Assembly (NCBI GenBank): GCA_041690135.1
Contig: JAWLHY010000002.1
Span: 720,342-784,341, forward strand
DNA from: Armatimonadota bacterium
GTDB taxonomy: Bacteria > Armatimonadota > SYMT01
Length of the DNA: 64,000 nucleotides
Reading direction: 5' to 3'
Shown: in pieces, positions 12,888-22,176 of the stretch
How positions within the stretch are numbered: position 1 is the first letter of the stretch
Layout of the letters: every line of letters begins with the position of its first letter
Position numbers and translations under genes: made by a program
The notes under the pieces: model-generated
What the model saw: only the letters and a program-made list of their open reading frames with translations
The model's database searches: none
What the model was told of the DNA's origin: nothing

Positions 12888-14105
12888 ATGATGCAGACAT
12901 GGGGTACGTTGCTCAGCGCTGATGAAGCCCGCAAGCGGTTCGCGGAAGCGTGGACACCGGTACTGGAGACGGAAGAGATACCCACGCCGGAAGCACTCCG
13001 TCGCGTTCTCGCCGCGGCCATTACCTCCACCGAGGATCTTCCGCCGTTCCGCCGTTCGCTGATGGACGGGTTTGCCTGCCGGGCGGAGGACATTGCGTCG
13101 GTACCCGCCACGCTGGCGGTTGTGGACGATATCCAGATGGGAACTGAGGCGCGCGTGCCGGTGGGGACAGGCGAGGCGGCGTGGGTCCCCACGGGTGGGA
13201 TGCTGCCGGAGGGGTCCGACGTGGTAGTCCCGATCGAGCAGGCGGAAACAGGGGCGGGAAAGGTCACGATCCTGACCTCGCTCGTCGCAGGGCGCCACCT
13301 GATCGAAGCGGGTGAGGACGTGCGTGCCGGAGAGCTGATCCTGGCGGCGGGGCACCGGCTGCGGCCACAGGACGTAGGGGCGCTGATGGGCCTGGGCATC
13401 ACTCGGGTTTCGGTCTACCGTCAGCCCCTCGTGGGCATCCTCTCGACGGGCGACGAGATTGTGCCGGCCGAGCAGACGCCTCCCCTGGGCAAGGTGCGCG
13501 ACCTCAACTCCTACTCGCTGGCAGCCTCCGTGGAGTCCGTGGGGGCACGAGCGCGACGCTACGGCATCATTCCGGATGAGTCCGATACCCTGTATGAAGC
13601 AGCCCGGCAGGCCCTGGCAGAGTGTGACGTGCTGATCCTCAACGCGGGCACTTCCGTGGGTAAGAAGGACGTCGTCGCGCCCGTGATCGATCGCCTCGGA
13701 CGGCCGGGGGTGCTGGTTCACGGAGTCGACATCCGTCCCGGCAAACCGACGGTCTTCGCGGTATGCGACGGCAAGCCGGTCTTTGGATTGCCCGGTCAAC
13801 CGGTCTCCGTGCTCAATACCTTCGACCAGTTCGTGGCCCCGGTGCTGCGGCAACTCCTCCGGCTGCCCCAGGAGGTCCCCACGCTCACCGCGCGGCTCAC
13901 CGAAGCGCTCCGTTCCGCCGACGGCCGCGAGGACCACGTGCGGGTGACGCTGGAACGCCGGGACGGGGAGTGGTGGGCTACCCCCATCTTCGGGGTGTCC
14001 GCCATGATCAGCACCATGGTCCGCGCCGCGGGTATCACCGTGGTTCCCTCGCGCTCTCCCGGGTTCGAGGCCGGGGATCAGGTGGAAGTCCGCTTGTTGG
14101 AGTGA
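12888..14105 (+). CDS. moeA: Molybdopterin molybdotransferase (gephyrin-like)
   Basis: PPFRRSLMDGFA, TGGMLPEG, STGDEI, IRPGKPT, GLPGQPVS. Confidence 0.93.
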   Translation: MMQTWGTLLSADEARKRFAEAWTPVLETEEIPTPEALRRVLAAAITSTEDLPPFRRSLMDGFACRAEDIASVPATLAVVDDIQMGTEARVPVGTGEAAWVPTGGMLPEGSDVVVPIEQAETGAGKVTILTSLVAGRHLIEAGEDVRAGELILAAGHRLRPQDVGALMGLGITRVSVYRQPLVGILSTGDEIVPAEQTPPLGKVRDLNSYSLAASVESVGARARRYGIIPDESDTLYEAARQALAECDVLILNAGTSVGKKDVVAPVIDRLGRPGVLVHGVDIRPGKPTVFAVCDGKPVFGLPGQPVSVLNTFDQFVAPVLRQLLRLPQEVPTLTARLTEALRSADGREDHVRVTLERRDGEWWATPIFGVSAMISTMVRAAGITVVPSRSPGFEAGDQVEVRLLE

Positions 14106-14112
14106 GGAGATG

Positions 14113-14297
14113 GAGCGCGGGCGTCTCGCCCGCCAGCGTCCGATCACGATCACGATCACGAAGGCGACAGTGCGGTTGATTTGACGCGGTAGCCGGTGCG
14201 ACCGGGAGCCCGGTTTGTGGAGGTTGCAGCTACGGGTACCTACCAGGCTGAGGAAATAGAAAATTAACCGCGGATGCCGTGCCGGCACGGCATCCGC
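14113..14297. repeat. Intergenic palindromes and a hexamer tandem repeat
   Basis: GCGGGCGTCTCGCCCGC REP-like hairpin; (CGATCA)x3; perfect 28-bp palindrome GCGGATGCCGTGCCGGCACGGCATCCGC at 14270-14297. Confidence 0.6.
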
Positions 14298-14317
14298 ACA
14301 GCACGGTAGGGAAGAAA

Positions 14318-15136
14318 ATGGAAACGGTTGCAGGGGAGTTGAGGACGGACTCCGGATTTCTGGAGTCCGAGGATGGAACGCGGCTATTCTGGCAGGGGGT
14401 CGAGCCGTGCGATGAGTTGAAAGGGGCCGTGGCGCTGCTCCACGGCTACAACAGTCGCAGCGACTACCTGCTGCCGATGATGAACCGCCTGGCGCAGGAC
14501 GGTTTCGCCTGTTACGCCATCGACTACCGGGGCCATGGGCGCAGCGAAGGGTTGCCGTGCCACATCTTCCGGTTCCGGGAGTACCTGATGGATGTGCGCA
14601 CCCTCTGCCGGCACACGGCGGAACGGGCGGAGCGGCGCCGGACGTTCCTGTTCGGCAACAGCCTGGGCGGTCTCATCGCGAGCCACTACGCGCTGCGTCA
14701 CTCCGACCAGGTGTACGGCACGATCCTGACCGCGCCGTTCTTCGGACCGGCGTTCCGGGTGCCGGGCCCTCTGGATGCCTGCGGGCGCCTGGTGAGTTAC
14801 GTGTGCCCCACCTTTCGGGTGCCCCGTCGTCATCCGGATCTGCCGGAGCACGTGACGCTGCGCTGGTGGACGGAGACGGTGGCGGCCCAGCAGGTGCTCT
14901 TCCGGCACGCCCATAAGTTCACACTGCCCACGCTCATCCTGCACGGGCAGAAGGACGGCGTGGCGAGCCCTACCGTGGCCCAGGCCTACTTCGAGCGCCT
15001 CGGGTCTCGGGACAAAACGCTCCGGATGCTGCCCGGCGCTCGGCACCGCGATCTGGATCCCGCCGAAGGAAAGGCGTGGTGGAATCAGGTGACGGAGTGG
15101 CTGATGGTGCGGAGTGGGCGAATTCCCGCTGGCTAA
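14318..15136 (+). CDS. Alpha/beta hydrolase (lysophospholipase / Hydrolase_4 type)
   Basis: LLHG, DYRGHGRS, GNSLGG nucleophile elbow, HGQKD, GARH. Confidence 0.9.
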   Translation: METVAGELRTDSGFLESEDGTRLFWQGVEPCDELKGAVALLHGYNSRSDYLLPMMNRLAQDGFACYAIDYRGHGRSEGLPCHIFRFREYLMDVRTLCRHTAERAERRRTFLFGNSLGGLIASHYALRHSDQVYGTILTAPFFGPAFRVPGPLDACGRLVSYVCPTFRVPRRHPDLPEHVTLRWWTETVAAQQVLFRHAHKFTLPTLILHGQKDGVASPTVAQAYFERLGSRDKTLRMLPGARHRDLDPAEGKAWWNQVTEWLMVRSGRIPAG

Positions 15137-15236
15137 CGGGAGGGATTCGGCTGCAGCGCGGACGACAGTCTACCGATCACTTCATCTGGAGTAGAACTGC
15201 CCTGTCCGCGGCCCCAGCTACAGCCGATCCCCCCTC

Positions 15237-16682
15237 ATGCAAACCAAGACCCCGCACCTCGACGAGCCGCCGATTGCCGAACCTACCACGGAGCCGAAGT
15301 TCTTCCGCGCCCTGGGCCCTGTGGAAGGGACCTGTATTGTCGTCGGTACCGTGATCGGCTCCGGCATCTTCCGCGTTCCGGCGGAGGTGGCCCAGTCCCT
15401 GGGAGGCTTCGGTCTCGGTACCATCCTGCTGGTCTGGCTTCTCTGCGGTTTCCTCTCCCTCGCCGGCGCGCTGGCTTACGCCGAACTGTCGGCGCTCTTT
15501 CCGCGGTCGGGGGGACAGTACGTTTACCTGCGGGAGGCGTACGGTCCCCTCTGGGGCTTCCTGTTCGGGTGGATGGAGTTCTGGGTAGCCCGCCCGGGAA
15601 GTATTGCGGCTCTCGCGGTGGTGTTCGCCGAGTACAGCGGCCAGTTCACACACCTGGACGGCGACTGGGGGCTGCGCTGGACCGCCTTCCTGATGGTCTT
15701 CGTCCTGACGTGGATCAACTACGTCGGCGTGCGGTGGGGTGGCACGGTCCAGGTCGTCTTCACCGCTACCAAAGTTGCGGCGCTGCTGGCGCTGATCGCC
15801 TGCTCCTTCGGATTGCCCGAGGGGAGTACCGCCAACTGGGCCCCACTCTGGTCGGCGGGGAACGATCTCTCCCCCGGAGGACTGGCGGTGGCCGTGGGGA
15901 CCGCCATGATCGCCGTGTTGTGGACTTACGACGGCTGGGCCAACGGTGCGGCGGTCTCGGAAGAAATGAAGGAGCCGCAGCGCGATGTGCCGCGGGCGCT
16001 GATCGGGGGGACCCTGATCCTCATCGGGCTCTACATGGTGGCGAACCTGGCGTACCACTACGTGCTGCCGATGGGGCAGGTGGCGCAGCACGATAAGATC
16101 GCCGCGGCCGTGGCGGAACGGCTGTTCGGGACCATCGGGGCGGGCCTGGTGAGTGCGGCGGTGATGATTTCGACCTTCGGCGCGGTGAACGGCTTGCTGC
16201 TGACAGGGCCGAGGATCTTCTACGCGATGTCACGCGACCAGCTTTTCTTCCGGGAGATGGGGGAGTTACACCAGCGGTTCCGCACGCCGCACTGGTCGAT
16301 CCTCTTTCAGGGTCTCTGGGCGGGGCTATTGATCCTCGTCCCGTTCAAGGATCTCTTCAACTCCTGGTTCGGGGGCCTGGGATGGTCGATGCGGGTGGAC
16401 CTCTACGACCAGCTCATCACCTTTGTGATCTTCGCTTCCTGGGCCTTCTACGGAATGACCGTCGCCGGGGTGATGGTCCTGCGCCGCCGGCACCCGGAAC
16501 TGCCCCGTCCCTACCGCGCATGGGGCTACCCGGTGGTCCCGTTGCTCTTCGTGCTCACCAGCGCGGCTTTCGTCGCCCACACCCTGTTCCACAGCCCCGT
16601 GGAATCGCTCGGTGGCCTGCTGATCGTGGGCCTCGGACTACCTGCCTATGCCCTGTGGAAACGGCAGGCGGTGGCCGCGTAG
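15237..16682 (+). CDS. APC family amino acid permease
   Basis: VGTVIGSGIF, YAELSALFPRSGGQYVYL, TYDGW, EEMKEPQRD, RPYRAWGYP. Confidence 0.95.
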   Translation: MQTKTPHLDEPPIAEPTTEPKFFRALGPVEGTCIVVGTVIGSGIFRVPAEVAQSLGGFGLGTILLVWLLCGFLSLAGALAYAELSALFPRSGGQYVYLREAYGPLWGFLFGWMEFWVARPGSIAALAVVFAEYSGQFTHLDGDWGLRWTAFLMVFVLTWINYVGVRWGGTVQVVFTATKVAALLALIACSFGLPEGSTANWAPLWSAGNDLSPGGLAVAVGTAMIAVLWTYDGWANGAAVSEEMKEPQRDVPRALIGGTLILIGLYMVANLAYHYVLPMGQVAQHDKIAAAVAERLFGTIGAGLVSAAVMISTFGAVNGLLLTGPRIFYAMSRDQLFFREMGELHQRFRTPHWSILFQGLWAGLLILVPFKDLFNSWFGGLGWSMRVDLYDQLITFVIFASWAFYGMTVAGVMVLRRRHPELPRPYRAWGYPVVPLLFVLTSAAFVAHTLFHSPVESLGGLLIVGLGLPAYALWKRQAVAA

Positions 16683-16685
16683 GCC

Positions 16686-16780
16686 TTCGGGTGGTCAGGT
16701 GTTCGGATGGTCAGGTGTTCGGGTGTTCGGGTGTTCGGATGTTCGGGTGTTCAGGCATTCAGGCATTGGGCATTCAGGCG
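16686..16780 (+). repeat. Degenerate 8-bp tandem repeat (TTCGGGTG / TTCAGGCA), about 12 units
   Basis: ttcgggtg gtcaggtg ttcggatg gtcaggtg ttcgggtg ttcgggtg ttcggatg ttcgggtg ttcaggca ttcaggca... Confidence 0.85.
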
Positions 16781-16825
16781 GTCGGTCCCCCCATGGGTGG
16801 TAAACATTCAGGCATTGACCACGCT

Positions 16826-16931
16826 CGTCATTGCGAGGAGCGGTGAATCTGCTGCAACTTCACAGTCTAGATGAGCCTTTCGTCGAAGCTCCCATTCAGT
16901 AAGTCTGAACCTGTGAGCGACGCGGCAAGCC
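16826..16931 (+). repeat. Degenerate GTCATTGCGAG-type REP/MITE-like element
   Basis: CGTCATTGCGAGGAGCG...GCGACGCGGCAAGCC resembles the widespread GTCATTGCGAGGAGC...GCGACGAAGCAATCC repeat. Confidence 0.45.
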
Positions 16932-17004
16932 CCCTGGTCAGGGAAGTCGCCCTTATGCGGAGCGGCCGTTCTCTGCTCAGGGCAGTTGGCCTGAAGCGGG
17001 ACTC

Positions 17005-17120
17005 TTTATCTTTATCCTGGTCCTAATCGTAATCCTGGTCCTAGTCCACTCCGAAGCAGCCGCCAGGCGGGTGAGCGTCCTTATCCTTATCCTCCCCTTC
17101 CTTATCCTTATCCTGATCCC
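17005..17120. repeat. Hexamer tandem repeats (TCCTTA/TCCTGG/TCGTAA)
   Basis: tttatctttatcctggtcctaatcgtaatcctggtcctagtcc and ccttatccttatcct...ccttatccttatcctgatcc. Confidence 0.6.
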
Positions 17121-18133
17121 GGTCCATGCGGCTTCGGCAGGTAGCGGGCGGCCAGGGCGAGGACGATCAACGCACCCCCGGCCAGGGTAGCGGGGGTGGG
17201 GGTTTCCCGGATGACTAGGGCCACCCAGAGGGGGTTGAGCAGGGGCTCCACCAGGGCGAGCAGCCCCGCCTCCACGCTGCCGACCCGCTTGAGACCGTAG
17301 CTGAAGAGCACGTAGGGGGCCGCGATTTGCACGCAGCCCATCAGGACCAGGGCCAGGACCGGCATCCAGAGGGACGCCTCCCCCGATAGGGCGCGCGGAA
17401 TGAGGGTCAACTCCTCGGGCCGCTGAATGAGCAAGACCCCGGCCGCCAGGATTGCGACCCCGCCATTATTAAGCGCCGTGACGGCCACTGGATCGGCGTC
17501 TCGCATCCGCCGCAGCCAGAGCATGAACAGGCCGAACAGCAGGCCGCTCCCCGCCCCCATCAGCAGGGGCAGCCGTTCCGCGCCTCCGGCATTGTTGAAG
17601 TTGCCGAAGAAGAGGACGCCGATCCCGACCATGGCCACCCCGAGCGCCCGCACGTCCGATTTCCGGAACGGCTCGCCGAAGAGCCACGGTCCCAGCACCA
17701 GGGCGTAGAGGGGCGCCGTGTACTGCAGGAAGATAGCGTTCGCCGCCGTAGTGCCCTGGGTGGACGAGATGTACAGGGCCAGCAGGAGCGCATATAGGAT
17801 CACCGCCACGGCCACATCCCGCATCCTGGGAAAGAGGCGTCCCCGCAGGAGCGGGAGCAGGCAGAGCGCGGCGAAGAGGCTGCGGTAGAACGTGATGCCG
17901 AAAGCGCTGGACTGCCACGCCGGATGCGCCGAAAGGCCCTTGATGAAGAGGCCGCCCAGACTCCACAGCACCCCCGCCGCCAACAACGCGAGGCGGTATT
18001 TCAGCAGCGACTCTTCCTCTTCGGTTTCGAGTCCGGTTGGGTGCAATGGAGACAGACCGCGGTGAGTGCGTTCCGCTTCCTCATCTGCGAGAGCGGTAGA
18101 AGGCATAAGTACGCGAGGAAATCGCCACCTCAA
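17108..18133 (-). CDS. DMT/EamA family transporter
   Basis: LWSLGGLFIK, TTAANAIFLQYTAP, LVEPLLNPLWV. Start uncertain: TTG 18133 overlaps the upstream stop by 4 nt, or a later start near 18007. Confidence 0.9.
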   Translation of the reverse strand: MRWRFPRVLMPSTALADEEAERTHRGLSPLHPTGLETEEEESLLKYRLALLAAGVLWSLGGLFIKGLSAHPAWQSSAFGITFYRSLFAALCLLPLLRGRLFPRMRDVAVAVILYALLLALYISSTQGTTAANAIFLQYTAPLYALVLGPWLFGEPFRKSDVRALGVAMVGIGVLFFGNFNNAGGAERLPLLMGAGSGLLFGLFMLWLRRMRDADPVAVTALNNGGVAILAAGVLLIQRPEELTLIPRALSGEASLWMPVLALVLMGCVQIAAPYVLFSYGLKRVGSVEAGLLALVEPLLNPLWVALVIRETPTPATLAGGALIVLALAARYLPKPHGPGSG

Positions 18134-19941
18134 AGTTCCTGCCAGTGGGAACCGGTATAGATAAACCGCACGAAGTCGCCGCTTGCAGGGGTGCGACCGT
18201 CCCCACTTCCGTCCGTGGACCGCAGTCGGAGGTGGCGGTTATGGGCAATGCGGCGCGTCCCGTTAGCCGTAAAGGTCACTTCCTTGCCGGGGTATTTCCC
18301 TTCCAGATCTGCGATCACAACGTTCTCGTCCGCGCGCATCAGGTAATGATTGCCGCGGAAGACCCCCGGCGAGGCGGTGTTGTCCAGTACACCGGCTGCT
18401 CTTGGAAAGATCTCCCCACGCAGGTCGATGACCTTGCGGTAAGCGGGATTACCGTTCTGGTCATCCAACACCCACGGATTGAGCTTCTCACTCCCCTCCA
18501 CGGACCAACCGGTGCCGTGCGAAATGACGTGGCGGGCGACGGGTCCCACGTACGCCCGGGGGCGATACGGGAGCCCTCCGCCGCCGAAGGTGAGGCCCTG
18601 CAGGTGCAACGTCCCCCAGTATGCCTCGATGACGTAATTGCCGTCCGAGGGATGTGGACCCTTGCCGTCCCAACGGGCATCGTCCTCTTCCTCGTAAATT
18701 CGGTTGCAGTCGAAGCGGTTGTGGCCGGTCACCGAGATCCGGCTTTGAGCGTCCGCATTCCACGCGCGGCCCACGCGTAGAAAGGCGCGGGAGTCTTCGG
18801 AAGTGGTGTTGTGGATGTTGTAGCCTTCGCTGGGCGTGTAGAGCAGGTAGTTGGCCCGGCGCGAGTAACCGATGCCGCCGCCCTCGTGGCGGAAGCTGCC
18901 GTCCAGGCAACGAATCCCGAACGGCATCACCCGGGGATACCGGGTAACTTTGGCACCGGTCGCGTCCCGGGCCGTATACGGCGCATCGAAGTTGCTGGCT
19001 CCGTTTACGCCCCATTGGCGGAACCAATGCGTGAGGGACTGCGAGTGCTCAATGCTGGCGCCCGCCCGCGAGCAGTTGAGCACGCCACAGTGCTCCACGG
19101 AGGAGAGATCGTTGTTGGCGTCGTGATAGCGAATGGCGCGCCCATCCGCCAGGACGGTGCGCTTCTTCTCCAGGGTGCTGCCCTGGCTGCCCGCGGCCAC
19201 CGGAAGGCCGGATCGGTCGTCGATGGTGTAATCGATGGGTCCTACCCACTGCCAACCGAAGTGGAGACCGTACTCCCGGGTGCCGTCCGCATAGCAACGG
19301 CGGAAGTTTACGGCACTGGCGGAGACCTCCGCCTCACCGGGCAGCGTGCCGATGTTCGCCATCTGGAAGATGCAGTCCAACGGCCGATCCCGGCTGGTGG
19401 CGACATACAAGTTTTCGACGAGGGTGTCCGCGCAGCTTCCAAAGAAGAAGAGGGGGGTGATCGCGTCCGCAGTGCGGGACGCGAGACTGCCGCTGCCGAA
19501 GTAAGACGGCCCCTTCCAGGAAATGCGGACTCCGTAAGGGGTTTCACCACTGATGGTGAGCCCCTTCATGCTGATGATGTCGATAGGCCCGTCGGCCCGG
19601 TAGCTGCCCCGGGGAAGAAGGATGCGCGCGTCCCACACGCCGTACCCGTGCGCCCGGCGATTGGCCTTAATATCCCGGAGGATGCTCTTCATCACCTGCG
19701 TGAAGTTGGTCATCATCCCACCGGAGTCGTACGTGGCACCCCAACGCGCATCCCGGACGTTGTAGGGGCCGGATTTCGCTGCCTGGGCGGAAGGTGCCCG
19801 CTCGACCGGTTCTCCGGCGCTGGGCGTACCTGATAGAAGCCAGAGGTGGCCCAGCAGTACCACGGCTCCCCAGCGGCTGATCCTGCGAGTCAAACTGGAA
19901 GCTCCATTTCTGCTTACGGGATCGGGTTTGGCCGTCTCCAC
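18130..19941 (-). CDS. Secreted pectin-lyase-fold (right-handed beta-helix) protein
   Basis: Signal-like N-terminus; YNVRDARWGA and ILLPRGSYR resemble the Pectate_lyase_3 cap, followed by repetitive beta-strand segments. Confidence 0.55.
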   Translation of the reverse strand: METAKPDPVSRNGASSLTRRISRWGAVVLLGHLWLLSGTPSAGEPVERAPSAQAAKSGPYNVRDARWGATYDSGGMMTNFTQVMKSILRDIKANRRAHGYGVWDARILLPRGSYRADGPIDIISMKGLTISGETPYGVRISWKGPSYFGSGSLASRTADAITPLFFFGSCADTLVENLYVATSRDRPLDCIFQMANIGTLPGEAEVSASAVNFRRCYADGTREYGLHFGWQWVGPIDYTIDDRSGLPVAAGSQGSTLEKKRTVLADGRAIRYHDANNDLSSVEHCGVLNCSRAGASIEHSQSLTHWFRQWGVNGASNFDAPYTARDATGAKVTRYPRVMPFGIRCLDGSFRHEGGGIGYSRRANYLLYTPSEGYNIHNTTSEDSRAFLRVGRAWNADAQSRISVTGHNRFDCNRIYEEEDDARWDGKGPHPSDGNYVIEAYWGTLHLQGLTFGGGGLPYRPRAYVGPVARHVISHGTGWSVEGSEKLNPWVLDDQNGNPAYRKVIDLRGEIFPRAAGVLDNTASPGVFRGNHYLMRADENVVIADLEGKYPGKEVTFTANGTRRIAHNRHLRLRSTDGSGDGRTPASGDFVRFIYTGSHWQEL

Positions 19942-20256
19942 ACGGGCCGGGGCTCTGCCCCGGTGCGAAAACTATATCCCGACCGCGCAACCCTAGCAGT
20001 ACCTTGCTTGTCGCGTGGAGCATAGCCGTACATTGTCCCGGTCAAAGGCCGCGTCAAAGCCTGCGTCGGCTGTCAAATGTGGTGCCCCGGTTAAAATAGG
20101 GAACGCTCTATTTCCCTCGCCGTGTCCTTAACAGTATCCCAATGCCGCTCCGGTTTTGGCCCATTTCGGCGCGGGGATGAACGGGTGGTCCGCTGTGGAG
20201 CGGCCCGTGGGGTGGGGCAAATTCACTGCGGAGTGTTAGGGAGATCGGCCGGCTGG

Positions 20257-22176
20257 ATGAATACCGAACGCATGGGAAGGATGTGGCGAGCCATTCGCCG
20301 CCATCCGCGTTATCTTGTTCCGCTTCTGGGAGTAATCCTGGTGGTCCTGGGGCTCGGCACGCACCGCCTGATTATCGGACAGGCGGATAGCAGCGGCCCG
20401 GCTCCGGTGGCCGGGGCCGCGCGTGCCTCTCTGCCGACGGTGGATGTGGTCCTGGCGCGAGAGGGATCGCTGCGCTCGGAGTTGGAGTACACGGGTAGCA
20501 CCCGCGCGACCCGGGAGGTGGCGCTGCGGGCGCGGACGGAAGGACGCCTGCTCGACTTGACCCTGGACGTGGGCGACCCGGTACGCCAGGGCCAGGTAGT
20601 TGCCCGCCTGGATGATGTGCTTCTACGCAACAGTCTCCGGCAGGCGGAAGCGGAATTGGACAGCCGCCGGTCGGAAGTGATGGCCGCCCGCAACCGGGTC
20701 TCCGAAGCACGGACTCAGGTGGAGCAGGCGCGCCTGGATCTTCACCAGAAGCGTAGCGATTTCGACCGTGTGTGGCGGTTGTGGGGCCAGGGGTTCGAAT
20801 CCCGGCAGGCGGCGGAACAGGCAAAGACGGCCACACGGATCGCCGAGCAGGTGGTGCGCTCGCAGGAAGAGCAGGTGCGCAACCTGCAGTCGGCGGTTTC
20901 CGCGGCGACCTCACGGGTGGCGGCCCAGGAAGCCGTGGTCCGGCAGGAGCGGGAACGGCTTTCGTATTCCGTGGTCAAAGCCCCCATCACCGGGTTCGTA
21001 ACAGCCCGCCTGGTCGACACCGGAGACCTGATCGGTGCGGGCGGTGAGATCGTGCGCATCGGGGACTTCCGGCTCGTGCAGGTCGACGTGGAGGTAAGCG
21101 ACCTGGAACTCGCCCAGGTGAGCGTGGGCCAGCCGGCCCGGGTGCGGTTCGACGCGGTCGCGGAGCGTGAATTCGTGGGACGCGTGGATCGTATCTCGCC
21201 CCAGGCCGACCCGCTCTCCCGTCTCATACCGGTCACGGTAACCGTGGAGAACCCGGATGGGCGCGTGGGCGCCGGTCTCCTGGCGCGGGTGCGGTTCGGC
21301 GCCACGGGAGAGCCGCGTGTGCTCATTCCGGAATCGGCTCTCACCGTGGCCCGTGGCCGCCGGGCGGGTGCGGCAACTTCGGAGAGGACGGCCCGCGACG
21401 AGCCCCAGGCGACCACTGTCTTCGTGGCGGCGGCTCCGGATCCGCTGGAAGCGCCTCTCGGTGCTGCTCCGGGAACGCCAAACGCAGAGACCCGGACTCC
21501 GGAACCGGAAGCTGCCGGATCTCCGTTGGCGGTGACCCGCCAGCAGCTAACGGTCCAGGGGCGGCCGGTAGTGATTGGTACCCGGGCGGACGGGCAGGTC
21601 GAGGTATTGAGCGGGCTGCGTCCCGGCGACCGGGTGATCTCTCGCAGCAGTCGCCCGCTGAAGGTGGGGGATACCGTTCTCCCCAGCATCCTCTCCGCGG
21701 AGGCTCTGGCAGAGAGTGCGCCGCCGCCCGCGACCTCTCGCCCGGGTGGGGTTCTACCGCCGCCACCTTCACAGCTTCCGCGCGGGTCGGGCGCACCGAG
21801 TTCCACCAGCACCGGCGTGGGGGCGATCGGCGGGGCCGGCGGTGCTCGCGGCGGCTCCACGGGGAGCCGCTCGACGGGAGTTCTTTCCCCGGGCGGAGGC
21901 GCCACTGCCGGTGGGATGCGAGGGGGTTCCTCGTCCGGCTCGCGTCCTTCCGTCTCCGGCATGAACCAGCGTACCGGTCTCCCGAGCTTGCCGGCGCCGA
22001 CCCAGGGGATCGGTTCGGAACTCTCCGGCGCGGGTCGTGGCTTCGGCGGCTCCAACGGCGCGCGCGGGGTGCAGAATGGAACGGCAGGAAGCTTTTCCGG
22101 TGGTCGCTCCGGCGCACCTGGTGGAGTGTCGGGAAGTGGCGCCACCGGGAGCTTCGGACAGGGCGGTAGCCGATGA
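20257..22176 (+). CDS. RND efflux periplasmic adaptor (membrane fusion protein) with a long Gly/Ser-rich C-terminal tail
   Basis: N-terminal TM; lipoyl-like motifs LDVGDPVRQGQVVARLD and APITGFV; coiled coil; VEVLSGLRPGDRV. Start uncertain (ORF from 20122). Confidence 0.9.
   Translation: MNTERMGRMWRAIRRHPRYLVPLLGVILVVLGLGTHRLIIGQADSSGPAPVAGAARASLPTVDVVLAREGSLRSELEYTGSTRATREVALRARTEGRLLDLTLDVGDPVRQGQVVARLDDVLLRNSLRQAEAELDSRRSEVMAARNRVSEARTQVEQARLDLHQKRSDFDRVWRLWGQGFESRQAAEQAKTATRIAEQVVRSQEEQVRNLQSAVSAATSRVAAQEAVVRQERERLSYSVVKAPITGFVTARLVDTGDLIGAGGEIVRIGDFRLVQVDVEVSDLELAQVSVGQPARVRFDAVAEREFVGRVDRISPQADPLSRLIPVTVTVENPDGRVGAGLLARVRFGATGEPRVLIPESALTVARGRRAGAATSERTARDEPQATTVFVAAAPDPLEAPLGAAPGTPNAETRTPEPEAAGSPLAVTRQQLTVQGRPVVIGTRADGQVEVLSGLRPGDRVISRSSRPLKVGDTVLPSILSAEALAESAPPPATSRPGGVLPPPPSQLPRGSGAPSSTSTGVGAIGGAGGARGGSTGSRSTGVLSPGGGATAGGMRGGSSSGSRPSVSGMNQRTGLPSLPAPTQGIGSELSGAGRGFGGSNGARGVQNGTAGSFSGGRSGAPGGVSGSGATGSFGQGGSR

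Noticed and set aside
16686-16780. Possible CRISPR array
   Set aside because: Contiguous 8-bp units with no spacers, and no cas genes in the window.
18130-19941. Prophage
   Set aside because: No capsid, terminase, portal or phage integrase genes nearby.
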